From a virus: a stretch of DNA of 64,000 nucleotides. The stretch is from IMG/VR virus record IMGVR_UViG_3300023184_003179, positions 1 through 64,000 of that record. One strand, 5' to 3'. Both the position numbers and the translations under genes were made by a program. The first letter of the stretch is position 1; every line of letters begins with the position of its first letter. This document shows positions 25,682-34,377 of this stretch, in pieces. The notes below the pieces were generated by a model, which was not told the DNA's origin, did no database searches, and was given only the letters and a program-made list of their open reading frames with translations.

Positions 25682-27292
25682 TTACTTCTTTAGAAGTGCC
25701 TTCTGTAGTGCTGCAATCTGCTTGTTGATTGTTGCAATAAGTGCAACGATCATCTTTAGAATTTCAGCATTGCTTACAGTAGCAGTTGATTCTGCAACCT
25801 TGTATGAAACTACTTTAGCAGAATCTGTTGATACGTATGCAGGTAGATCAACTACTGCATTAAACGCACCAGCATTATTACCAACGGTAAACTGATAAAT
25901 CTTTGATCCGTTTGTAAATGTATCTGTTGAAGTTGCTGTTCCTATTAGTGTCATTCCACCAGCAGAGATTGCTACTCCAGTTCCAAGTGTTGCTGCATCA
26001 TAAACCTTTGCACCTGAAATATCAGTTGCAGAAACAGTTAACTTTGCAATTTCGCCTGGAAGGTATGATTCTTTGTCAAACTTTGCTGTGTATTTATTAA
26101 CACCTTGACCGCAACGTGCATCAAACTCATTTGAGTAGATTACGCTTAGATCTGCAAGTGTATGCTTAATACGTACCTTTGTTGAACCTGATGTAGAGGC
26201 ACATGTCCATCCACCAGTTTGCACTACTGTAGCAGATGATGCTCCAGCAACAGAAACGGCAGTTACCTGTGCGTTATACTTTGCAGTATCAGCAGTTGGA
26301 GTGATTCCAGCAAGTTGATTTCCAGAAGCATCCTTGACTGCAAAGTCATATGTTCCTGTACGTGTTCCGCCTGCTTGTGCAATGTCTTCACCAGAAACTA
26401 CAATAGATGCAGCCTGTCCAGTAAATGTAATTGACTTAGTTGTTAATACTGTTCCATTGTATGAAATTGTGATTGTTGTTGCAACTGGCTTGTTCTCATT
26501 AGCAGTACCCTGCTTAATGTGAAGAACACCACCTACGCCGTTCTTTGCAGCAAATGAAACTTGTGTGCTTGGAGCACCGTCCCATGCAACAACTGCTCCA
26601 TTTGTAGCGGATGCTTGTAGAACACCATTAGTTGCAAGTGTAGCATCATATCCGTCTTTTGCAAGAACGTTTACATATCCTGTTCCACCATTTACAACTG
26701 TTGTTGATCCAGTAACGTCTACGCTAGAGGCAAGAGTTCCTTGTGTTGCTGTATCTTGAACACGACCAAAACTGTTTGCTACAGAAAGAATATCTGTCTT
26801 TGCAACAGTTCCAGCATAAATTGTCTTGATATCAATAACAGAAATTGCTGCTCCAACTTTTTTCTTTTGAGTTACTGTAATTGTGCCTGAGCCATTAACA
26901 GTTAACTTTACATTTGTAGGCAATCCAACAGCACTTGATGTTGTAGCGGTAAATGTAAATGCCTTACCTAAATTGGTAAGTGTTACCCCAGTAGGGTTTG
27001 ATCCTGCTGCTGTGTAATCAGTAAATGTTGCAGGACCAGAAATTTCTAGTGAAACATTATCGTCTGCTGTAGAAGCCAAGGTATCGCTTGTTGTTAGTGC
27101 AAGAACTGCATTAACTCCAGCCTCTGCCTTAGTTGTGTCTGTCAAAACTGTTACTCCACGAGAACCTGCAGCCAACGAATCTGATAATACATATCCGTTA
27201 GTTACTGCTGCTGATGCTTGAGGAATTGCAACAAAAAATGTGCTTGCTACTGCTGCAGCCGTAACAAGTGCGATCTTTTTAAATGAATTCAT
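25682..27292 (-). CDS. Secreted Ala/Thr/Gly/Val-rich surface (S-layer-like, Ig-repeat) protein
   Basis: MNSFKKIALVTAAAVASTFFVAIPQASA| signal; beta-rich body; amphipathic C-terminal IVALIATINKQIAALQKALLKK; AAGGAG SD. Confidence 0.65.
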   Translation of the reverse strand: MNSFKKIALVTAAAVASTFFVAIPQASAAVTNGYVLSDSLAAGSRGVTVLTDTTKAEAGVNAVLALTTSDTLASTADDNVSLEISGPATFTDYTAAGSNPTGVTLTNLGKAFTFTATTSSAVGLPTNVKLTVNGSGTITVTQKKKVGAAISVIDIKTIYAGTVAKTDILSVANSFGRVQDTATQGTLASSVDVTGSTTVVNGGTGYVNVLAKDGYDATLATNGVLQASATNGAVVAWDGAPSTQVSFAAKNGVGGVLHIKQGTANENKPVATTITISYNGTVLTTKSITFTGQAASIVVSGEDIAQAGGTRTGTYDFAVKDASGNQLAGITPTADTAKYNAQVTAVSVAGASSATVVQTGGWTCASTSGSTKVRIKHTLADLSVIYSNEFDARCGQGVNKYTAKFDKESYLPGEIAKLTVSATDISGAKVYDAATLGTGVAISAGGMTLIGTATSTDTFTNGSKIYQFTVGNNAGAFNAVVDLPAYVSTDSAKVVSYKVAESTATVSNAEILKMIVALIATINKQIAALQKALLKK

Positions 27293-27309
27293 CTTTCTCC
27301 TTGTTTAGT

Positions 27310-29091
27310 TTATATTATATTTAATCTATCAAGAAAGTCTCTGATATCTTCAGGCATTTTCTTGTTATCTAATTCTACCATAGCCCTCTGCTTCTCTGCA
27401 AGTCGTGTAGAGGAAGACCAGGTATGGATATCAATCTCAAGATTGGTATCCTTTGGGGTATGTGATATTGCTCCAAAAACAGCGCCACATACAGCGTCTG
27501 CTAAGTCTTTAGATTTTTTTCTAGGGTGATCAACACGATTACCCATCATTATTTTTAATTCTGACATTTCTTCTAACAGTAATGGAATCATAGGGATTGC
27601 AACACGCTCTTCATAAATCATCATTGCAAGATCTTCATAATGTTTTTTAGCAACAGAAACAGTATCAGTTCTTATTCCTACTGCCTTTAATTCATTTTGA
27701 ATATCAAATGATTGCCAACGGTCAAAAGATACAATGCCAATATTAAAACCTTGTCTACGTAGATTAATAATCCATTGCTTTACCTCAGATAGGTTTACTG
27801 GTCCTTCTGATTTTGGTTCCCACCATGCAACTGCATCCACTATTACGATTGGGGCTACTTGTTCATAATCTTTAATTACCTGAATATTTACCCACTTATC
27901 TACGTGAGCAATTGCTACCGCACATTTATCGTGTTTTTGTGCAAGGTCAGCATGGATATAATAAACTTTGTCTGGGTCTGGTTTAAAGTTTTCTGAGAAT
28001 CTTCTAAAACTATCAACAGGGTTTGCTAATGTCATACACTTTATTAACTTATCTTTTTGTTTAAAAAATGCATCTGAAGAGTATGTTGGTGTACAAAGAA
28101 AACGCATCATTGCATCTCCAAGGTCAGTTAAAAATGCAATTTTAAAATCATCAATCTTGCGTGTTGGGTTTACTTCCCACGTTGGACGTTTAAGTGCTAG
28201 TATTTTTGGAATTTTATAAGAAAGAATATGGTCTTCTTCCCAAGTTATTTCAAATTCATTATCTGGACCTTTTGGTAATTCTTCATTAATAATAAATTTA
28301 TGTCTGCGCTCAATTGTTTCTTTTTCTGCAATAACAGAATCATATCTTTGAGAAATAAAGTCACCTTGATATCTTGGAAATGAAAGTAAAACAACTTTTC
28401 CAAGATCTGGAAAACGAGAATCTACGGTACCACGAAATGCTTTATAAATGTTGTCAGCAGTTTTCCCTTGTTCATTACCTGTATTATTCTCAGATGCAAA
28501 ACCAGAAATTTCGTCAAGAACTGCAAGGAACAAGTTTAAACCTTCATGCGATTCTCTTTCTGAGTGTCCAGAATAAACAGTAATTGCTTTATCAAACTCA
28601 ACGGAGTCTGCTTTTGGATTATACTTTCCAGCAAACCAAGGAGACTTTTCAATCTTAGTTTTAAAACCTTTAAAGAAAACATTCTTAGCCTGTTGTGCGT
28701 TAATGGCAACGTTAATAATATCTATAGCATCTCCAGATGGTTTTCCATAGTATGACGCTGGATCTTTGAGACATAATAATTTATATACTACATATGCACA
28801 GGCTACTGTTGATACGAAGTCTTTACCGCTACCCTTGCCAAGTTGAAGAATAATTTCATTTTTTGTATATTTATTAAAATAATTTAATCCTTCTACGCTT
28901 CCATAAAGTTCTTGTAAATCTTCTTTACGATAAATCTGGCTCATTGCCTCAACAATGTCATATTGAACTGAAGATAGTTGTGGCTGACCTAAATATTCTG
29001 GAGACTCAACAAATGTTTTTGCATCAACAGGTTTTTCAACAAAGTGATTTTCTTTAAGTACTTCAAAAAAATCATTGAACATCGTGGACAA
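27310..29091 (-). CDS. terL: Terminase large subunit
   Basis: Walker A LGKGSGKD, Walker B AVLDE, nuclease HADLA, SFDRW, KDLADA. Confidence 0.9.
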   Translation of the reverse strand: MSTMFNDFFEVLKENHFVEKPVDAKTFVESPEYLGQPQLSSVQYDIVEAMSQIYRKEDLQELYGSVEGLNYFNKYTKNEIILQLGKGSGKDFVSTVACAYVVYKLLCLKDPASYYGKPSGDAIDIINVAINAQQAKNVFFKGFKTKIEKSPWFAGKYNPKADSVEFDKAITVYSGHSERESHEGLNLFLAVLDEISGFASENNTGNEQGKTADNIYKAFRGTVDSRFPDLGKVVLLSFPRYQGDFISQRYDSVIAEKETIERRHKFIINEELPKGPDNEFEITWEEDHILSYKIPKILALKRPTWEVNPTRKIDDFKIAFLTDLGDAMMRFLCTPTYSSDAFFKQKDKLIKCMTLANPVDSFRRFSENFKPDPDKVYYIHADLAQKHDKCAVAIAHVDKWVNIQVIKDYEQVAPIVIVDAVAWWEPKSEGPVNLSEVKQWIINLRRQGFNIGIVSFDRWQSFDIQNELKAVGIRTDTVSVAKKHYEDLAMMIYEERVAIPMIPLLLEEMSELKIMMGNRVDHPRKKSKDLADAVCGAVFGAISHTPKDTNLEIDIHTWSSSTRLAEKQRAMVELDNKKMPEDIRDFLDRLNII

Positions 29092-29608
29092 CTGTAATCA
29101 CTTCGCCCTCTTTGGCAATAGCCGAAAGTTTATGCATAATAATATCACGAACCTCTGGATGAGAAGATGCAATGTCTCTAAGTATTCCAACAAGAACTTC
29201 TTGTTTACGTTCAATCTCAATCATTTCTTCTGCAAGTTCTTTGTTTTCAAGAAGGCCAGCCTTTTGCAACATGTCCATTCTTTTAGATTCAATATCCATA
29301 ACAAGTTTTATTCCTGCTGTTTTTGCACTTAGGTTGCTTGTTAAACTTGATTCATCAATAACTTCATAGGCTTTTGTAATAAGTTTTGTATAGTGTGTGT
29401 CTGCACCGACCAGAGCCTCTTTAGCACGAGCACGTATTGCATCATTTGCAGATGCCATAACCTTCCACTCATTAATTAGTTGGACAACACGAGTGCGTGG
29501 AATTTCAAGTTCTTTAGAAATAACTGTTGGATCATTGCCTTTTAAATATTCAGTTACAACAGTATTAACCTGGTCTAGGTGATCCACTAAATCTTTTTCA
29601 GTTGACAT
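29072..29608 (-). CDS. Putative terminase small subunit
   Basis: N-terminal HTH-like segment, helical body, overlaps terL start. Confidence 0.55.
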   Translation of the reverse strand: MSTEKDLVDHLDQVNTVVTEYLKGNDPTVISKELEIPRTRVVQLINEWKVMASANDAIRARAKEALVGADTHYTKLITKAYEVIDESSLTSNLSAKTAGIKLVMDIESKRMDMLQKAGLLENKELAEEMIEIERKQEVLVGILRDIASSHPEVRDIIMHKLSAIAKEGEVITVVHDVQ

Positions 29609-29933
29609 TTTTTTCCTTTGCTATTTTAAGCAAAACTAAATATCCAATAAGGTCGTCAATGTCGTTGTCTCCAACGTACTCAGTGCCCTTCATTAATCTA
29701 CTTAACTTATCATCAATTCTAACTCTAAGTTGTTCTGCTGGATCGGCTTTGCTAAAAATTCTAACAGGGTCTAGTGCAGAATCTCCATATGCAATATTTT
29801 TTTCAATAAGCATTTGTGCTATTGCGTGACATGTTCTCCAAATTTCATTACCAGATGGTGCGCCAATGGAGTTTAGATACAGGTCTTGGCAACTAAATTC
29901 TGTAACATCTGGAAACACTGGGTTTAGTTTCAT
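29598..29933 (-). CDS. Nucleotide-modification-associated domain 1 (DUF1599-like) protein
   Basis: KNIAYGDS, VRIDDKLSRL, DLIGYLVL. Confidence 0.7.
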   Translation of the reverse strand: MKLNPVFPDVTEFSCQDLYLNSIGAPSGNEIWRTCHAIAQMLIEKNIAYGDSALDPVRIFSKADPAEQLRVRIDDKLSRLMKGTEYVGDNDIDDLIGYLVLLKIAKEKNVN

Positions 29934-30085
29934 CGCTTAGACTTCCTCAATCCAAACTTTGCAAGGTAGACATAAACAGTCTCTACTGTACATCCACACT
30001 CCTTTGCAATTTCTTCTGGAGTCTTTTTATCCATAACATAACGTTTACGCATAAAAATCTCTGATGTATATAGTTTAGCAGCCAT
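29930..30085 (-). CDS. Small HTH protein
   Basis: KTPEEIAKECGCTVETVYVYLAKFGL; likely start MAAKLY. Confidence 0.7.
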   Translation of the reverse strand: MAAKLYTSEIFMRKRYVMDKKTPEEIAKECGCTVETVYVYLAKFGLRKSKR

Positions 30086-30089
30086 AAGA

Positions 30090-30734
30090 TTATTTGTCAA
30101 CTTCCGCCTCAGAAATATCATAGTCATAGGCATTTGAATCTTCTAATACCCATTTATCATAACTTTCAACGTCCCATTTGTTTGTATTAATCAGTCTTTG
30201 AATAACTAGATCTTTTTTAGTTACAAATGATGGTTCTTTTAATCTAATGCGATTATTAGGCTGTATTGCAAAATTTCCATCATCTCTTTGAATAACATGA
30301 CCACATTTATGTTGCCCTGGGTTTTCTGAATATCCATCATCTAGGATATTGGTTTCAGGATTATGCCAATCTAAAGTAAATAAATATTTTCCACCAACGT
30401 TATTTTTATTTCTATCTATATATGACATTCTCATATTATTTAAGTTTTCAAATTTTGTAACTGCTATATATGGACTAAAAGAATTCCAAAGCACAAGGTT
30501 GTAGATTGGCTCTTCTGGAACACCTGGTTTTGTACAAAATGCATTGATTGGCATTCTCCACCAAATTCCTCCATCTTCCATTAAGAAGTGAAATAAAGGA
30601 CTTCTGCTTTTAATACTTGATACGCCAAAGATGACACATGGAAAATATTTATCATGACTATCTTCCTGGTCTCTTAAAAAATTACCACGTACATAACATT
30701 CAATTGGTGGTATGTTTGCATTTAACTCTGGCAT
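30090..30734 (-). CDS. Conserved phage hypothetical protein
   Basis: LNANIP, YLFTLDW, QHKCGH, GNFAIQPNNR. Confidence 0.7.
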   Translation of the reverse strand: MPELNANIPPIECYVRGNFLRDQEDSHDKYFPCVIFGVSSIKSRSPLFHFLMEDGGIWWRMPINAFCTKPGVPEEPIYNLVLWNSFSPYIAVTKFENLNNMRMSYIDRNKNNVGGKYLFTLDWHNPETNILDDGYSENPGQHKCGHVIQRDDGNFAIQPNNRIRLKEPSFVTKKDLVIQRLINTNKWDVESYDKWVLEDSNAYDYDISEAEVDK

Positions 30735-30907
30735 TATTCTTTGCTCCTCTGGATTGTTTTAAGTTTATCCCAAAATCCTCCAGGATTTCCTTGATAAGTT
30801 TGCCCAGTTTCACGATCTATTAATAACCATTTTTCTGGACATAACGTTTTAACTATTAACAAAACTTCTGAATCTTCTTCTTTAAAAATAAAACTGCTTC
30901 TATTCAT
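30734..30907 (-). CDS. 57-aa hypothetical protein (not in ORF track)
   Basis: MNRSSFIFKEEDSEVLLIVKTLCPEKWLLIDRETGQTYQGNPGGFWDKLKTIQRSKE; coupled on both sides. Confidence 0.6.
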   Translation of the reverse strand: MNRSSFIFKEEDSEVLLIVKTLCPEKWLLIDRETGQTYQGNPGGFWDKLKTIQRSKE

Positions 30908-31484
30908 TATATCCTACTGCTTTATCCCAATTATTAATAGCCCAATGACCGATACCACAAGCGTCAGCAATGTCATTATCGTTAATAATTTTATCATAGT
31001 TAATTTCAATTAACTTCATTGTCCTTTCTTTTCTAAACTGTCTTTCATATGTTTTATACCAAGAATCTGATTTTCCAGGATTCTTTGATCTAAGTAACAA
31101 TTGTTCTTCTTTTGTTAATTTTTTATTACCAAGATAGTTTTGCCAAGTAATTGGAGAAACTTTTCCAATTGTTTTAATACCATACATGGCAGCAGCCCCT
31201 AACAACGCTCCTTGAACTAGCGCCAAATCAGCAGCAGTTTTTGGACTATTCATAAACACAGTGTGCTCAATGACAATAGCATCTGTTTCTATTACTGCAT
31301 CAAAATATGCTAATGTTTTTCTTGCTGCATCACCAATTTTTTCATAAATGTCTTTGCCTTGAAAATTAATTTTACCAAACTGTGTTAATTCTTTATCAAC
31401 AAAAAGTGCATATGCAAAACTGTTAGTGCTAGCATCAATAGCACATATTCTTTGTGGCTTACCAGTCTTGTTCATAGTCAACAA
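30900..31484 (-). CDS. RuvC-like Holliday junction resolvase
   Basis: CAIDAST, IVIEH, LALVQG, DIADACGI. Confidence 0.8.
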   Translation of the reverse strand: MLTMNKTGKPQRICAIDASTNSFAYALFVDKELTQFGKINFQGKDIYEKIGDAARKTLAYFDAVIETDAIVIEHTVFMNSPKTAADLALVQGALLGAAAMYGIKTIGKVSPITWQNYLGNKKLTKEEQLLLRSKNPGKSDSWYKTYERQFRKERTMKLIEINYDKIINDNDIADACGIGHWAINNWDKAVGYNE

Positions 31485-31752
31485 TTCCTTTTAATTGTTT
31501 TAACATCTTATCTACTTCTTTTTTACTTATATTACAATTAGAGCAAAATCCAGAGTCATTATATATTGATAGTTGCTCTCCACAACCACCAAGACATATT
31601 CTTTTTTTACCAATCCTTCTTTGTCTGCGAGTTATTTGATATCTTTCTGCTATCTTTTCTTTTGTTGCATCATCTCTGCATGATTGTCCACAATAAATTT
31701 GATAACTTACTTTAGGCTCAAAATGATTATCGCATCGTTCACATAGTTTCAC
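31459..31752 (-). CDS. Cys-rich zinc-finger protein
   Basis: CERC, YCGQSC, CLGGC, FCSNC. Confidence 0.7.
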   Translation of the reverse strand: MKLCERCDNHFEPKVSYQIYCGQSCRDDATKEKIAERYQITRRQRRIGKKRICLGGCGEQLSIYNDSGFCSNCNISKKEVDKMLKQLKGIVDYEQDW

Positions 31753-32554
31753 TTAACCCCTCCAGGGATTTAAGTTTAATCACTCCAGTTCCTGCATCTG
31801 CACATGCCTGTTGAATAGGACATGTTTTACAGATTTTTGAGTTTGAGCGATAATTTTTTGTAGGTAATGTGCGATCTACCCAAGCCTTGCGAACATCACG
31901 CATCCATTGAAAAGTATTATCAATCCATTGGCGATAATAGTCATCTACTTCAACTGGAAGAACTAATAATTCATGATTGTTTTTATTTTCATAAATTAAT
32001 ACACCTTTTTTCTTACCAAGAATTTTCATGTAAATAAGTAATTGAATTAGGTGTCCTAATTTTGGCTTCATTGAATTTTTACGATACTCAAAACCTTCAT
32101 TAAGCATTGTTTTAATTTCTCCAACAATTTCTTCGCCTTCCCACTCAAGCATGGCATCCCCGTAACCAAATATTGGTGGATCGTCGTATCTAATTTTAAA
32201 TTCTGTTGTTGGTTGATTGTCATCATCTCTGAATATTTTTGCTACTCCAGCATTCATCATTGCTGATTGAATTCTTCCGTGTGAAAGAGTACCAGCAGTC
32301 ATATTTGCTGCACCATATGCGTCTGCATTATCTTCAAATGTAGCACCGTCAAACGCTAAGTACCAATATCTAGGACACTCTCCATGGCTGTATGCAATAG
32401 TTGATGGAGCAAATGTTTTCTTTGTTTGAAATTTTGGTCCACGATTAACAACATATCCAGATTTTATTTTTTCAATTAAGGCATCTGAATTAAGTATATT
32501 GTTCTTGTTAGAAACACTTTTTATCATAACGCTCTGTAGTAAATTTTTTGTCAT
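31739..32554 (-). CDS. Cas4-like PD-(D/E)XK exonuclease
   Basis: CPR, GYGD, EIKT, QLLIY, C-terminal CKTCP...C. Confidence 0.85.
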   Translation of the reverse strand: MTKNLLQSVMIKSVSNKNNILNSDALIEKIKSGYVVNRGPKFQTKKTFAPSTIAYSHGECPRYWYLAFDGATFEDNADAYGAANMTAGTLSHGRIQSAMMNAGVAKIFRDDDNQPTTEFKIRYDDPPIFGYGDAMLEWEGEEIVGEIKTMLNEGFEYRKNSMKPKLGHLIQLLIYMKILGKKKGVLIYENKNNHELLVLPVEVDDYYRQWIDNTFQWMRDVRKAWVDRTLPTKNYRSNSKICKTCPIQQACADAGTGVIKLKSLEGLSETM

Positions 32555-32586
32555 TTTTATCCCTTGTTTGTATTTAAGTATACCAG

Positions 32587-32901
32587 TTAGCGCATTATGT
32601 ACTTGAGTGCTGATACTAGATCGTTAATTGATTGTGCTGCTGTAAAATATATATTTTTCTTTGCCCTGTCAGATTTATCAACATTTGCCATCCAAGTAGC
32701 CTTAAAAGACATCTTGGCAGCAATAGCCTGTAGTCTTACTATTTCAAGACTAGCAGCCTGCAAGGGAATATCTGGCTTAATAATAATCTTTGCGATCATA
32801 GTTAGTGCAACGGTTAACTCTTCATCTTGCATATAGTCTGCAATTTCTGTTAAGCCATTAACCATATCAAGTGTTGTTTTTTGTGGTCCTGTGTCAGACA
32901 T
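32587..32901 (-). CDS. Hypothetical helical protein
   Basis: ORF track; operon context. Confidence 0.7.
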   Translation of the reverse strand: MSDTGPQKTTLDMVNGLTEIADYMQDEELTVALTMIAKIIIKPDIPLQAASLEIVRLQAIAAKMSFKATWMANVDKSDRAKKNIYFTAAQSINDLVSALKYIMR

Positions 32902-33193
32902 TTTTATCCCCCTCTGTTAATTGTTCTAGCATGTTCATTTCAATTATAGCAAGTCTTACTTTTGTATTACCTTCTCCAAGAACAACAACTATTGCAGGAG
33001 ATTTATCTCTGCCAGCCTGTATGGAGTCTGTAACGGCTTTAGCCCATACGTCTTTGTTTAGAGTAAATGATTTATTGGCTTCTTTAAAATCAACAACAAA
33101 ATTTCTCCAAGTTGCATCACCTTTTTGAGTATTACGACCAGAATTTTTGTGTTGCTTTGCACCAATTCTTTTTGATTCATTTTTTTCACTCAT
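32894..33193 (-). CDS. Small PD-(D/E)XK nuclease (archaeal-type resolvase-like)
   Basis: NSGR..KGD, VDFKE; likely start MSEKNE at 33193. Confidence 0.6.
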   Translation of the reverse strand: MSEKNESKRIGAKQHKNSGRNTQKGDATWRNFVVDFKEANKSFTLNKDVWAKAVTDSIQAGRDKSPAIVVVLGEGNTKVRLAIIEMNMLEQLTEGDKNV

Positions 33194-33371
33194 CAATAAA
33201 ATCCTTTTTCTTTTTCTTTTGAGGTAAAAGTCCAACTTTTGAAATATGTTTTTTTGAACACATCCATGTTGCATCCCCTGATTCAATCCAATATCTTAAA
33301 GATGTTACTTCTTCTTGACAAGTTTTACAAGGAAACTTACCAGGGTATACAGAAAACTTTTTATCAAGCAT
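33186..33371 (-). CDS. Small zinc-finger protein
   Basis: CKTC ... CSKKH. Confidence 0.65.
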   Translation of the reverse strand: MLDKKFSVYPGKFPCKTCQEEVTSLRYWIESGDATWMCSKKHISKVGLLPQKKKKKDFIDE

Positions 33372-34377
33372 TAATTATTTTTAACTTAAGTTGTTCTTGC
33401 AACTCTAAGTCTTCCTTAACTCTATTAATAAAGCCATCACGTCCTTGCACCTTTGTACCATCATCTAGTTGATACCAAGCACCAGTTCTGTTAACAAGCC
33501 CCATTGACTCTGCAGTATCAACAAGATCGCCAATTGTATCAAGCCCAATGTCATCACCTCTGAAATAAAAGTCATATTCTCCAGATTGGAAACCTGGTGA
33601 AGTTTTAGAGAATTGAAGTTCCCAGCGAATTTTTCTGCCAGTTTTTTCTTCAATTAATTTATCTCCAACTTTAATCTTACCTTTAATTGCTTGATTATCT
33701 GATTCAGAAGAAAATAGTTTTATAATGCAAGATGAATAAAACTTTGTAGCCTGTCCACCAGAAGGCTGTTGACTTGTATACATTGCATTAATATTATTGC
33801 GTGATTGAGAGATAAGCACTAACAATGTTGGCTTAACTTTATTATTAGCATAATTTAACATTTTCCAAGCATTACTAAAGTCACGAGACTCTGCACCAAT
33901 TTGTTTAGTATTTTCAAGAGCCTTCATCTCATCTGAATCTTTTTCAAAATATATTGCAGGAAGCATTGATGTAATAGAGTCTACAACAATTAAATCTACT
34001 CCAGCATTCATTAACCCAACACCAACATCAACCATATCGCTGATTGTTCTTGCTTGTGAATAAATTAATTTAGTTGGATCTACACCCAATTGTTTTGCCC
34101 AGTCTTCAGAGTAAGACATTTCTGAATCAATCCATGCACAAACTTTGCCTTCTTTTTGTGCTAATGCAATCATTTGTAGACACATTGATGATTTGGCTGA
34201 AGACTTGCTTCCCCAAATAAGAACTTGACGACCATATGGAAGTCCACCACCTAATGCACGATTCAATCCAAAACTTGGAGTTGGTTGATACTCAAAAGTA
34301 ATTCCTTCTCCTGTACTTAAACGCTTACGCAATCTGGGATCTAGTTGTGCTAATACATCTTCTACGCTAACTGACAT
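33364..34377 (-). CDS. recA: RecA-like recombinase
   Basis: LGGGLPYGR, GSKSSAKS (variant Walker A), WIDSE, VVDSI, PSGG, GAWY. Confidence 0.9.
   Translation of the reverse strand: MSVSVEDVLAQLDPRLRKRLSTGEGITFEYQPTPSFGLNRALGGGLPYGRQVLIWGSKSSAKSSMCLQMIALAQKEGKVCAWIDSEMSYSEDWAKQLGVDPTKLIYSQARTISDMVDVGVGLMNAGVDLIVVDSITSMLPAIYFEKDSDEMKALENTKQIGAESRDFSNAWKMLNYANNKVKPTLLVLISQSRNNINAMYTSQQPSGGQATKFYSSCIIKLFSSESDNQAIKGKIKVGDKLIEEKTGRKIRWELQFSKTSPGFQSGEYDFYFRGDDIGLDTIGDLVDTAESMGLVNRTGAWYQLDDGTKVQGRDGFINRVKEDLELQEQLKLKIINA

Noticed and set aside
31739-32554. CRISPR-Cas system suggested by the Cas4-like gene
   Set aside because: No array or other cas genes seen; solo Cas4-like nucleases are common in phage recombination modules
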